A stretch of 64,000 bases of DNA from Octopus sinensis (lineage: Eukaryota): assembly GCF_006345805.1 (NCBI RefSeq), contig NC_043013.1:1550001-1614000 (forward strand). The letters are read 5' to 3'. A model generated the notes under the pieces. It was not told the DNA's origin. It searched no databases and was given only the letters and a program-made list of their open reading frames with translations. The first letter of the stretch is position 1. Each line of letters opens with the position of its first letter. A program made the translations under genes and the position numbers. This document shows positions 1 through 13,036 of this stretch, one piece after another.

Positions 1-1755
1 CAGTTGTTAATAAGTAACAAAATGATCCAAAAAAACCCCCCACAAGAACTTAATGGTAATTGGACTACCTAAAGTCTTTTCATAGCTTATCGTATGGGTG
101 GTTATCAAAGTTTTATATTTAGTCAAAGCCCCACAACATCTGGTGAGTGGTATTGAACGCCTGACAAAAACTTGGTGCGCCAATTTGCTCCTTGGAGTGA
201 TAAAGAGGAGATTGAGTTGGATAGCATTCACTACAAAAAAGGCATCTTCCATTGCCTGTCAGTGTTGCTCTTCGTCCTCTCATTAAACCCACCGTCTTAT
301 CTACTCATAAAAAATAGTGGCCATAGAAATGGATCCAGAAGTATCTCACATCATTTTCTTGTCATCGACCTGAAACCAAATGGGCCAAATATCAACTACA
401 AAATAAAACAATTGCAGTCCATTACCCACCTTTATTTTTTTACAAATATTGGAACGAAATTTGGTGAGTCCAAATGTGCCCTCCTCTGAAAACCTAAAAC
501 AGAACGGTTTTAAAATGCAACCTCTAAAGTCAGTTGACAATTATAGGTATCTCAGACAAGATGAGGATGTCACATATGAAGGACCCATAAATAAGAAGAG
601 GACCAAGAGAGTAAAGAGGATATGGTGACTAGAACTCTCATCTCACAACAAACATTACCCACACTTTTGCTATGCTTGTCCTAAAGCCTATGTTTGGTCT
701 TCTAAACTGGTCACTACAAGAACTCAATAAGAAACATGTTCCAACTCGCAAGCTGCTCAGTGTTACAGGAAATTTCAACATCAACAAAGATGTAGACATG
801 CTTTATTCCCTACGCAAGGATGGTGGCCGTAGTTTAAAACCTGTTTGTCGCACATATTGTGACACTTAACCTACCTTTGCAGCAGTGGAAAGAATTTGTG
901 CCCATGAAATCAACATAATTACGATAGCGAATGAATGTGAAGAGCGGTATGGAACAAGAGCTGATACAAATCTTCCCCCTCGCCAGGAGCATTGGTAGAA
1001 TCTATTCATTAGAAGAACAAAATAAAAAATGGACCAGTTCACTGAGAAGATAGTACATGGGTGCTTGGCACGAGAAACACAAACCGAAGAGGAAAATGAT
1101 CATGTCAAAAGCTTGGCATGGAGTAGGGATAAATTTATGACATCACACTTTGAATGCTGCCTCCATGGAATGGAAGAACAAAAAAGATTCTCATCAGTAC
1201 CTACAACACAAACAGCAGAAAACATTGACAGACAACAAACGTAGGCTGTGTATGGCCAAGGCTGAAGACATCAACCATATTATTGTCAACTTTCCATGAG
1301 CCAGAAGAGTATGGAACAGGATAACACAGAAGAAAACGCCTACGGACGAAGTTGACTATATTGAAATCGATGGGTAGAAAGAATAATGGGGGAACTTAAA
1401 AAATTTAAACAGCTGTGAAGTTAAAACACAACCGGTCACGTGTTGTGGTGTGGGACCAAGAAAAAAAAAACGCTGTGGAAATCGGCTGTCCACTTGACAC
1501 CAATGTGGTCAGAAAAATACAAGCGAAAGAGGAGATCTGTAGACCATAGATAAGGTGTGTGTGCAAATCCAGTGCCCAAGATACACCTTCAGGTTCATAC
1601 CTGTTATTACCGGAGCAACAGGATGAATACCAACCCATCTGGAATAAAATTTGGCTGAAGTTGGGATCTTTTGGAAAGAATACAAATCCTTAATCCATGT
1701 GCTACATGAGGGACTATATAAGTGTCTGCAAGACATTCTTAACGTTTAAAGAATG
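1..1755 (+). mobile_element. Highly decayed R4/Dong-like non-LTR retrotransposon (RT plus restriction-like endonuclease), truncated by the window edge
   Basis: Frame fragments KKGIFHCLSVLLFVLSLNP (cf. GIFQGDSLSPLLF), IGTKFGESKCA, DVDMLYSLRKDGGRSL (cf. DVDRLYxxRxxGGRGL), KLKHNRSRVVVWD and FRFIPVITGATG; many stops and frameshifts. Confidence 0.75.
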
Positions 1756-1902
1756 ATGGTTAAAACTAGATGCTTTCCTTCACAATCCTGTTACCAAGGA
1801 GGCGGTAGCTCAAAATATAGTTTAAATTAAAAAGAGAAAGAGAACATACATACATACACACACACACACGCACGCACAAACATACATACATACATACATA
1901 CA

Positions 1903-2335
1903 TGCTATGGCTGCCCCCTCGTTATCGAGTATGGCCATTGCACGAAGCTTAACTGTTATTGGTGCTGTGATAGAATGTGACTTTTTAGCCCAGCTAAAGA
2001 TCTACAATGTCTTGTACAGAATTGGCAACTAACACTTTTACCGGTAATAGCTGGCTGTAGTTGCAACTGGGCTTCACGTACCTTTGCATGTCGTTTAAGT
2101 CCTCCTGCCGAATTACACTCTCTTCCACATGCCCGACAGATATGATTAGTATGGTGTGTTACACCACCACCAGGGGCCAGGTTGTCACTCATCTGTCTCG
2201 TTTTATGACTACGAAGATGACTCATGAGTCCAGCTTTACTGAGGCAGGGTCTTGCACAGACATTGCATGTCAGAATCAAAGGAAGACCTTTCCCTTCTGA
2301 AAGTGTAACAGCGATGCCCTTCCTGATTTTCTAGG
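1903..2335 (-). mobile_element. 3-prime end of an RTE-type LINE encoding three C2H2-like zinc fingers
   Basis: ORF 2279-1956 has CxxC-x12-H-x3/4-H three times (second finger ends in R). It is preceded by KIRKGIAV, resembling RTE C-termini, and followed by a short tail and (ATGT)n. Confidence 0.6.
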
Positions 2336-2550
2336 AACATACATACATACACACAAGTATAGATTCACACAAATATATACATATATTTATAGACACAAGC
2401 ACGTTTTGCGCGGATTGTTAAGGTCACTTCGCACTCAAAGAGATCCAGGCAGGGGAAGATTCCCCACACGCCATTGTCTGTACCAAGTATAGTTTCCTAT
2501 TAATTATTCTTCTATTTCTGGTGCAACTTACTAGTTCCGCTTAAACTAGA

Positions 2551-2965
2551 GTGTTCACACACACACACACACACCACACACACACACCACACACACACAC
2601 ACACGCACACCCATATACAGACACACACATACACGCACATACACATATAAACAGACGCGTATACGCATACACACATATTTATGCAACAGCACGCGCACGC
2701 GCGCACACGCGCACACAAACACATATATGTGCACACACGGACACACGCACACTTACGCACACGTACGCTCACGCACGAATACCCACACACAAATACGCAC
2801 ACAGACACTCACATATACACAATACAACACCCACACGCCCACCCACGCACACACAAACGTACACATACATACGCACACACAAACACAAACATTCGTACAC
2901 GCTCACATGCACACACGGACAAACGCACAAACGTACAGAAACGTACGCACACATACACACACATA
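2551..2965. repeat. Degenerate (CA)n/(CACG) microsatellite
   Basis: Direct inspection; source of spurious THTH and CVCV ORFs. Confidence 0.95.
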
Positions 2966-3358
2966 AACATCGTGGGCTGTCCTGTCGTAGATGACAGGCG
3001 TTGTGCTAAAAGTTGAATTGTTTAAAATATTCTTGTGCATTTTTCCTGGATCCCTCGGTTGTCGAAGTTTGTAATTTCTAGGAATTATCATCATTCCATC
3101 ATGTCGGTAAAAACTCCTTATGTCAAAGTGGACAACACAGCAGTTATCTTTGTTGGGATGAGATTAAAACTAATTGCGGAACTAGGGTTTTTCCGGTGTT
3201 AAAATTGGTGTTAGCTTAATTTTAGATAGCATCTTGTCCAGGAGAAAGTTGCTAATAATACTAAATAGAAAAATTGAACAATTGAGAATAAATAGATGAA
3301 AAAAATATACGTGCGTATTTAGGCGCAGGAGTGGCTATGTGGTAAGTAGCTTGCTAAC

Positions 3359-5332
3359 GCACATGCGCTGTTAGTCAGTTTCTTCCAGTTGAACCAGAGT
3401 GGACGTGAGCTTGCCAGCTCCGTCCATTACAGAAAAAAGAACAAAAACAGAGAAAGTTGTCGAGGTGAGTGATTTTGTTTGTTGTGAGTTGGGCATAATT
3501 TATTGCGTGCTAATTATTTTTTCAGTAAATTGTGCCCAGCTCTGGGACAATTTCGCCTGCTCTCGGCGGCTGCCGTTTTTGTGTTATTGGAAAAAAAAAC
3601 AGTGGAGGGGCGTATCCTCGTTCGAATGATTGGAATCCAATACAGTTGCTGTTGAAGTTACCGTTGGCGGTGGCCAGTGCTGTGGTCAGTTTTGTTGGAT
3701 TCATTTTACCAATTGGACATTTGGCCAGGAGTACCCTTTTCGGCCGAAAAATTTGATTCCTTTGTCTGAATTTGAACTCTCTTCTTCGAGCTGTCATTTA
3801 TTTTAAAAAAAGAACTCTTTTTTGAACTGTTAATTATTTTATTTCTTCTCTTCTATTGTGTTTTTCCTTCTCCTTTTTGTGTACTATTTCATTTTTTGAA
3901 CTTTATTGAACTTTGTGTCAATGACAAAGGAATTTCTCGTGTGGGAGTTGACACCTCCCAAGAAATGGGTAAAAGAGCTGGAAAGGAAGACCATGGTGTT
4001 GAGAACGTATTCGAAGTCGCTCGACACCATAGCCGTCTTCCCGAAGGCCACAATTTTAAATGAGTTGGCGGACTACATGCCAGCCATTAAATTTATCTCA
4101 CGGGGAGTCAAATATGCAACGGTCTGGTTGCTATTTGACTCCCCACAAGAAGCTTGCGACTTCGCAAGCCAGCCCCTTGAGGGCAAAGAAATATTGTTTC
4201 TCCCAAATTATATGGGAAAAAATTATTGAAAGCTTGGATCTGCGGCCTACCACCCGGAGTTGAGCCCGAGTGGATAGAGGACTCTATCCGCCGGGGTCTG
4301 GGTGGTAGCAGTACCAAGCTGCTGAATGTTAAAGTATTGCCTGCGGTTGATTGGGAGGGGTCAAAAGCTGTTTTGACCCTATGGACCCCATCAGCCGAAA
4401 GTCTGGTTTTCCCAGATTTCCTGAGGATGGCCGGGTCCAGGTATCCGGTGATGCTTGAGGGACGCCCCCCCCCCCAAGTGTCACCTATGCCTGGAGACCG
4501 GCCACATTAAGAAAAACTGCCCCAGGGACCAAAATAGGATCCTGGAGCAGTTAATGGTGGTACCTCTCCCTGATCCCCCAATGGAGGTTGTTACATCCTC
4601 AAAAAGAAAAAGAAAGGTGGGCAACAAGGGTGACCCACCGAAAGACCCTGGAGCTGCGGGAGAAAAAGAGGACCCGTTGTGTGCACCACAGAAACCTCAC
4701 CCTCCCGCGGCCCAGGGAAAAAAATAAAATAAAAAAGAGAAACGGGACGCCGCCGGCAGATTGTGACACGCGGACGGCGTTTTCCAAGCCTCCTCAGGCG
4801 GATGTGCCGCCGGAGGTCAGATATGTGGTCCTCTTCCACAAAGGAGGAACCATCGAGAATGAAATAAGGAAAATGGAAAGGAGGGGCCAATGGGAGGGAC
4901 TTCGGTCCTGCACGGAAGACCCTGAGTGACCTTCACAGGTAGCTGCGGAGGTCCTATGGGAAAGTGATCTGTGCAGGATCGTGAATTCCTTCCCGGAGGA
5001 CTCATATAGATTTGTACCTGTGTGGTCTGGCCTGGAACCGAGTGAGTGCTTCAATGAAGCAAGAGCGCTGGTCGGCCGGGTAACCTGAACTTTCTGTGTG
5101 TATTTAAAAGAAAAACAATAGAACATTGTATTATATTGAGTAAGAGGTTTATTGCCTCATTTGTGATTTTTTGAGAAAAGAACATTGTTTTAGAGAAGCG
5201 GAAGTCGGCGGGCGCTTTCGTCTTCTCCCATCATCATCATTGTTCCATCACCATCATTCATACCATCAATGTCTATGTCCAGCCCGCAAAGCTGCATCTG
5301 TGTAATGTCCCTGTGGCAAATTAGATAAAATA
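3359..5332 (+). mobile_element. Non-autonomous ORF1-only retroelement (L1/Tx1-like ORF1) with a 15-bp TSD
   Basis: AAGTAGCTTGCTAAC at 3344-3358 and 5333-5347; ends in an AATAAA-like A-rich tail; no APE or RT motifs inside. Confidence 0.75.
3921..5088 (+). pseudogene. ORF1/gag-like protein with a CX2CX4HX4C zinc knuckle; 3 frameshifts and 1 internal stop in this sequence
   Basis: Overlapping ORFs 3906-4229, 4226-4510, 4455-4727 and 4588-4929 join at homopolymer runs; motif EGRPP-KCHLCLETGHIKKNC. Confidence 0.7.
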
Positions 5333-5464
5333 AAGTAGCTTGCTAACCAACCACATGGTTCCGGGTTCAGTCCCGTGTCTTCTGCTATAGCCCCGGGCCG
5401 ACCAATGCCTTGTGAGTGGATTTAGTAGACGAAAACTGAAAGAAGCCCGTCGTATATATGTATG

Positions 5465-5507
<43 letters not shown>

Positions 5508-5986
5508 ATGTGTTTGTGTGTCTGTGTGTCTGTGTTTGTCCCCCTAGCATTGCTTGACAACCGATGCTGGTGTGTTTACGTCCCCGTCACTTAGCGGTTC
5601 GGCAAAAGAGACCGATAGAATAAGTACTGGGCTTACAAAGAATAAGTCCGGGCTCTATTTGCTCGACTAAAGGCGGTGCTTCAGCATGGCCGCAGTCAAA
5701 TGACTGAAACAAGTAAAAGAGTAAAAGAGCAAAAAGAGTGCGTTAGTTTACATGTTAGTAATGGTCGGAAGTGAGTGGGAAAAGAACGTGCTAGATCTTT
5801 TGTCATTTATTTCACATACCATAGGATTTTACCCTGGCTTTTAGATTTGCACCCTTTCATTCAGTTGGATTACATCCATCTGTTTCTTTGTAGGAGTGAT
5901 AAAGCTTGTTGAAGTGTCATCCGCGAAATTAAACTTTAGATTTTTAAAGTTAAAATATGATATTTGCAAATCCAGATGCTCTACTC

Positions 5987-6260
5987 TAGTGGTTCTCAAC
6001 CAATTTTTAAATAAACCTATGGACACCTTTGATTCCTATTTTACTCAGAAGAACCCTCATAGCCATTCATTATTTAAAAACATTCATTGTTTAAATTTTT
6101 ATGATTAAATATTAGAAATTGTATTTAAAGATTGTTAAAATATTTTGTGTCTTGTATAAGCAATTTATTGCAGATAAATTTTAACAACAAAGTCTTATAT
6201 GGACCCCCAAATGTCCTATGGACACACAAGGGTCATGCGGATTCCGGTTGAAAACCCCTG
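5987..6260. mobile_element. hAT (Charlie-like) MITE
   Basis: TIRs TAGTGGTTCTCAACC / GGTTGAAAACCCCTG; 8-bp TSD CTCTACTC / CTCTATTC. Confidence 0.7.
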
Positions 6261-6596
6261 CTCTATTCTATCTACCATGTTCAATTTCATTGGCGATCGT
6301 ATTCGCTTCTTCTTTGATGTCATGTATGGTTTAAAAACCTAATCGTTGGTGATTGCATTAAAGAAGAATTTATGGTATTTGTATTTGAGTTATAGATTTA
6401 TCTTTAGGGATTATACCTTCATTACAATCATTAGATATTTTCAGTATAGATTGTAAACCCTTCAGAAAGTAGTCCATGTCTTTTCTACATTTTATTCTTG
6501 ATCCATTTTCAATAGGTTCTCTTCGCAGTCTATTCAGTAGGAGTTAGTTTTCAGTTTTAAATGCAAAACTTAGAGATTACTCTTCGTCTATAGCAT

Positions 6597-6748
6597 CTTT
6601 CCATGAGCCAGAAGAGTCTGGAACAGGATAACAAAAAAGAAAACGCCTACAGACGAAGTTGACTATATTGAAATCGATGGGTAGAAAGAATAATGGGGGA
6701 ACTTAAAAAATTTAAACTGCTGCGAAGTTAAAACACAACCGGTCACGT
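6597..6748 (+). repeat. 152-bp copy of 1290-1441 (internal piece of the decayed LINE)
   Basis: By-eye alignment: 6 mismatches over 152 nt. Confidence 0.9.
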
Positions 6749-7429
6749 ATTGTCACTACAATCTTTCTCTGAAATATTTTGTCATTTGAAATAAGCATTT
6801 TAAATAGACTTTCTTAGAGAGTAGTACAATGTTTTTGTCGATAGCCCAAGGTAGTGTTTCTGCATAATTTAACTACAAAAACGTTGATTAAACGTACTCT
6901 ACACAAACTAGCGAAATAGAAATATTTCAACAATATACCAACCAACAAAGTACTCAATACAGGTGGTAAAGTAATATTTAAGCAAATAAAGGAAAAGCTT
7001 AAAACATTCAGAAATCCTATTTTATTGCGGCTGTTTCTTCTGAATTTTCGGAAATAATATTAAATTGAATTGAAAAAACATTGCATTATGAGTTGGGAGA
7101 AAAATTTGCTGTGAGAGAAGGTAACTGTGAGAAAGGTATGGGATTATAGAAAGAATAAGAAGGTGAGACAGAGGTGGGAAGTTTGAGCATACAGAGTTAT
7201 GTAAAAGAGAGAAGAATCAGTTAAAACTTTTGAAATAACGAATCAGTAAATGGAATAATCTCTAAAACTTATTTTTTTCAAATGCCGAGTGTGTAGGATG
7301 CAATACGGGCTGGGAAGAAGAAATTTCAAACGAATATCTTAAAGTAGAAGACTGTGAGCTCGAAACCTCGCAATATTTACTCTCTAAAGCAACGGTATTA
7401 CATTATTAATAGTTACATACATACAGGAT

Positions 7430-7730
7430 GGAGGCACATGGCCTAGTGGTTAGAGCAGCTGAATCGTGGTTGAGGAATCGCTGGTTCGAATCTCAAACCA
7501 GGTGATATGTGTGTGTATGAGCGAAGCACCTAAGCTCCACGTAGCTCCGGTAGAAGGTAACGGCGAACTTCTGCTGACTCTTTCGCCACAACTTTTTCTC
7601 ACTCTTTCCTCCTGCATCTAGCAGCTCACCTGCGATGGACTGGTGTCCTGTCCAGGTGGAGAGCCTATACGCCAACGAAACTGGGAAACCGGCTCTTATG
7701 AGTCAGGCATGGGTCGAAAAGGAGCAGGCA
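7430..7730 (+). mobile_element. tRNA-derived SINE, family B head with tail type 1
   Basis: A-box-like TGGCCTAGTGG and B-box-like GGTTCGAATC; head homologous to 39998 and 59966. Confidence 0.7.
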
Positions 7731-7860
7731 GACATGCATGCACACACACATATGTAAGAGATAATGGTGTCATTGAGACTCAAACAGCTGTAAGACCTTG
7801 TATCTCTAAATGTCCTAATATCTACACAGCCTTGTTTTTTTTTATCTCATTACGCAAATA

Positions 7861-7900
<40 letters not shown>

Positions 7901-8719
7901 CTGTTTTGGAACAGTGGGTGTCGAAGCACATACAGCTATACATAGTAGAATGTAAATATTGAATAGAAAAATCCTTTTGAACAACCTTCAAATTTTTCTA
8001 TTCAGAAAGTTTTTTCAAGTAGTAATTACATGCTACTATTTATAGGTTTATACGCTTCGAGATCCACTGTTTAAAAAAAAAAAAAAAATTTATTTCTGGT
8101 TTTCTCAAAAGTGTATAAATTCTTATGACGTCAACAATATATACAAATATCTATAGCGGCACAAACACATACACATAGAAGCACATACACACAAACTTCA
8201 CATAGGGATTGATAGTTCTCTGTCTGGTTCGACACTGAATTACCTGCTCATTGTATTAACGCGTAAGAGCATTCCAAAGACAAATGTGTCCTTAATGTAA
8301 TTCTCATTTGTCAGACAAACGTGCTCTTACAGCTCGCACCATGAGGATTTCGGCTACAATCAAATTCAAAATACTGCAAACAGAGAGGATGGCCTTGAAG
8401 TCGAAGATTTTAAACTAAAAGAGACTACACTTGTATATTGCCTGAGGAAACACAACTACATCTCATTATGCAAACAAACAGCTGCATAATCAAATACCTG
8501 TATTCCTGAAGAACTACGTTGTGTCGAAGCAATTGTAGCAAATAATAAACAAATGTCCAACCGTACTTCCTCTTCCTGACTCCAATTTCTTTAATTATGT
8601 GTATATATATATATACGAAAAATATATATATATTACGAAAAAAAAAACAAAAGACGATGATAGGTGGTGTACAAAACAAACAGATGTATTAGTATAACGC
8701 TCAGGAATAGAAAAAAGTC

Positions 8720-8753
8720 TTTTACGTTTCGAGACTACGCTCTTCTACAGAAA
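8720..8753 (-). ncRNA. Minimal type I hammerhead-like motif with variant core CUGUAGA
   Basis: Reverse complement TTT-CTGTAGA-A-GAGC GTA GTCTC-GAAAC-GTA-AAA. Confidence 0.5.
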
Positions 8754-9043
8754 GGGACACAGAAAAAACAAGGAGAGAAAAAATGTGTGGAGTGGCCACA
8801 GTAGACTGGAAAAGAAAATGTTTCCAATATTTTCAACTTTTATGCATACCTCAAACAAATATAACATCTGATTACCGATTTGGAATACAGAAACGAGCAG
8901 ATGCACTTCAAGAGGACACACTTTAAATTTTAACCCTACCTACATAATACATACATACGTATGAATGTGTATGGGACCGCGTGTGTACCGTTGGCGATTT
9001 TTTCCCGCCGTCTTCCCTTCTTTGGATCTTTCCTTTTCCTATA

Positions 9044-9076
9044 TTTCTGACGAAGACTTCCGCTCGAAACGTTAAA
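9044..9076 (+). ncRNA. Minimal type I hammerhead motif in a Penelope-type short repeat; second copy at 29546-29580
   Basis: TTT-CTGACGA-A-GACTTCCGCTC-GAAAC-GTT-AAA. The 29546 copy has the full GAGC/GTTC stem II but a mutated core. Confidence 0.6.
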
Positions 9077-9399
9077 CCCTCTTTCTTTCCTTTTTTCCTG
9101 AGCGTCCAATAATACTATACTTGTCCCATGTCCTCGCGTTATTGTGTTTCCTCTTTCTGTGTTCATGCTTGGATTAACTATATATATATATATTTTTCTT
9201 GAATTTTTCTTGAATTTTTTTTGCTACCCTTATATTGATTAATTAATGATTTTTTGACTAATTCTGAAATTGTATCAGCAGTTTATATTTGCTGCTGAGT
9301 AGATGACGCGGTTACGGTGGATTTCGAAAATTTAGGATATATAAACTCGAAGCTTCGATGGTGCTGCCTCGTGTGTATATATTTTCCTTTTCTTTGGCT

Positions 9400-9495
9400 A
9401 CTTTGCTGATGAGACAAGCCAATCGTAAACGGATTTAATTAAATTTAATTAAATTCGATTACGTAAAAACGTCGAAACTATGCATAGTACAAAGT
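9400..9495 (+). ncRNA. Canonical type I hammerhead ribozyme
   Basis: Stem I ACTTTG/CAAAGT, core CTGATGA, stem II GAC/GTC with long hairpin extension, GAAA, palindromic stem III ACTATGCATAGT, cleavage triplet GUA at 9487-9489. Confidence 0.85.
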
Positions 9496-9730
9496 TGAAG
9501 GGGATAAATGTTTTTATTTCTCCTTTAGTTTCAGAATTACTACTATTTTGCGGTTTGAGTTTAGCTGCTCTTTCAAGTGAGTTGAACGGCCTGTCAGGGT
9601 CATTCCTTAATACTATTGTTGAATATATTATATAGCCTGTGACTATTTCTACTTTCTCACTTGACCGCTGGTTGCAGAAAATTTTTCTTGAATTTTTCTT
9701 GAATTTTTTTTGCTACCCTTATATTGATTA

Positions 9731-10307
<577 letters not shown>

Positions 10308-10384
10308 TATTTTACTATAAAATTGGATTCAATCCTAAATCTGATTTTTCTCTGTAAGTTTGGATTTATTCCCTAATATTTTAT

Positions 10385-10467
<83 letters not shown>

Positions 10468-10556
10468 TATATACATATACATACATACATATATATAGTA
10501 TATGCATATTATATATAAATATATATTTTCTATATATATATTATGTGGCTGTGTGA

Positions 10557-10731
10557 AGGCGCAGGAGTGGCTGTGTGGTAAGTAGCTTGCTTACCAACCA
10601 CATGGTCTTGGATTCAGTCCCACTGCGTAGCATCTTGGGCAAGTGTCTTCTACTATAGCCTCGGGCTGACCAAAGCCTTGTGAGTGGATTTGGTAGACGG
10701 AAACTGGAAGAAGCCCGTCGTATATGTATAC

Positions 10732-10781
<50 letters not shown>

Positions 10782-11003
10782 GTGTGTGTATGTATGTATG
10801 TGTGTGTATATGTTTGTGTGTCTGTATTTGTCCCCCCAACATCGCTTGACAACCGATGTTGATGTGTTTACATCCCCGTAATCTAGCGGTTCGGCAAAAT
10901 ACCGATAGAATAAGTACTAGGCTTACAATAATAAGCTCTGGGGGTCGATTTGCCCGATTAAAGGCGGTGCTCTAGAATGGTCACAGTCAAATGATTGAAA
11001 CAA

Positions 11004-11006
<3 letters not shown>
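10557..11006 (+). mobile_element. Full-length SINE family A
   Basis: tRNA-like head, central microsatellite, shared GGCGGTGC...CAGTCAAATGA(C/T)TGAAAC tail. Confidence 0.85.
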
Positions 11007-11056
<50 letters not shown>

Positions 11057-11569
11057 ATACCTAATATGCTGGCCATTGATAGAATTTTTTCGAAAAATTT
11101 TATCCTATATTAGATATATATACACAGAGGTTTTATGTGTGTTTCCTTGTATAAAGGTTGTTTCATGAACACCATCATTCTTTGAGGAATATTTAGAGGA
11201 CTTTCAGATATTCAAAAACCTTTTGTATAAAATTCAAAATTTCTTAGAAAACTTTGCATTTTCCCAAACGCAGAATAGCACCGTATCAATATGCGTATGC
11301 ATCTATGCATGCATCTGTGTATAAATATATGCATCTGAGTGTACAGAATATTTATATGCTTCCATGTTTATGTACGTATGTGTGGATATTTGCTCATATG
11401 CATAAATTGTGTGATTATCTGCTTTTATATAAGCCCTCTCCTTATATACGTATGTAATAATGTGCTTATACATTCATGCTAATTAGTGTTTCCCCACTTC
11501 ATTTCAATAATTAATTTTTAATTTAAATTAGGTTGGAATATTCTTCTATTCAACTCACACTAGCTATAT

Positions 11570-11800
11570 TTAAATTGTGTGGTCCACTTCAGACTGGATT
11601 TGAAGGTGGCTTTATACTTCCTTCTTGGACAAATGCGTATAAGACGGCCTCTCTCCAGTTTTTTTGCAGAATAACTGTCGCGGCATCTTGGATTTATCCA
11701 TGTATGGCATCCAAGCCGAGCCTTTCAGATATTGACTTTAATGCTTGTAGAGTTGGTTCTGGCCAAGACTGCCAGGCAGGAGATGCGCTGTTGGATTAGC
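11570..11800 (-). mobile_element. Decayed RTE LINE C-terminal fragment
   Basis: Fragments MDKSKMPRQLF and PRRKYKATFKSSLK resemble the RTE MxDxRxPKQLF...YKDxLKxxLK motif. Confidence 0.5.
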
Positions 11801-12127
11801 ATATAAGGGCCTTTAAATGTCAGCTAGTGGGAAACGGGTAAAAGAAGATATTAAGATTAAACAAAAAAGGAAAAAAAAGAAAAGAAATCATATTGCAAAC
11901 TGGTATAATGAATCAACATGTGCATCTAATAAAGGGAGATGATTAACGAAAAAGGGAAGCGTAGTTTATAGGGAGAGCGTTAGGAGTGTAAAGGTTTCAA
12001 TTACAAATTGTATTTGTAATGTGCGAGTTAGTTTATTTTTCTGAAAACGTTAGCTTATCCATATTGTCATTTAGACATTTACCCACAAAACCATATGTAC
12101 CAATTATTATTGGTATGAATGTGAACT

Positions 12128-12159
<32 letters not shown>

Positions 12160-12543
12160 TGTATGTATGTATGTATGTATTTATGTATGTCATTCAGTTT
12201 TATTTCAAGGTTTGTTGCCAATAGAGAAAGAGCCGGTTTCTAACCTAGATCCAAGGCTCCTTTATTGGAATTTCAACATCAACAATAAGGTAATTTTGTA
12301 TATATATATATATGTTCAGATTTGTATGTTTTGTTTTAGGTATGCATTCTCATGCATATAGTTACATATCTAGACAAGCTCATATATACTTAAGTGATAA
12401 ACCTTTGGAATGTTTTACAGATTTTTACAGATCCAGTGATGGATTGTATGTATGTATGTATGTATGTATGTATGTATGTATGTATGTATGTATGTATGTG
12501 TGCTCTGCCTCAACAGTGGGATATACACAGATAGTACATAATT

Positions 12544-12607
<64 letters not shown>

Positions 12608-12763
12608 TTATATATATATAGGTGAATGAATTATCCTATGTTTATCGTCAGCATGGAAATTTCGTTGAACCGATACCAGGGTAGCAAATTCACGTCACAA
12701 ACACGGTTGAAGCGACCTGTCCAAGGGTAGAAACTCCGGGTTCATGTGCAGAAATTTGTGTGT

Positions 12764-13036
12764 TATATATGAATAAATGAAAGAATGGAGTCGAACGAAG
12801 ATGTTAACAAAATTCCTTTACTCTCGACATATGTTTCGAAGACAACATAGTTTAATTCCAAAGAAATAAAGGGTGCAAGATGCAATCTTCTCAAAGGCTT
12901 CCTTTCTTTCCTGATGAGAAGATTGCATCTTCCACCCTTTATTCCTTTGGAATGAAACCATGTTACTTCGAAACATATGTCGAGAGTAAAGGAATTTTGT
13001 TAACATCTTCGTTCGACTCCATTCTTTCATTTATTC

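Larger units (their letters stand above)
3322..5738 (+). mobile_element. tRNA-derived SINE (family A, with internal TA/TG tract) split by an insertion: head 3322-3358, body 5333-5738
   Basis: Head GGCGCAGGAGTGGCT..GTGGTAAGTAGCTTGC and body match the intact copy at 10557-11006; TAAAAGAG tail repeats. Confidence 0.85.

Noticed and set aside
3465-3930. Strong GTGAGT donor and a long pyrimidine tract in the 5-prime UTR of the ORF1-only element
   Set aside because: An efficiently spliced intron would be lost on retrotransposition, and no clear acceptor precedes the ATG.
7430-7500. tRNA genes at SINE heads (also 10557, 24395, 39998, 59966)
   Set aside because: A/B boxes are present, but no complete cloverleaf, and each continues into a SINE body.
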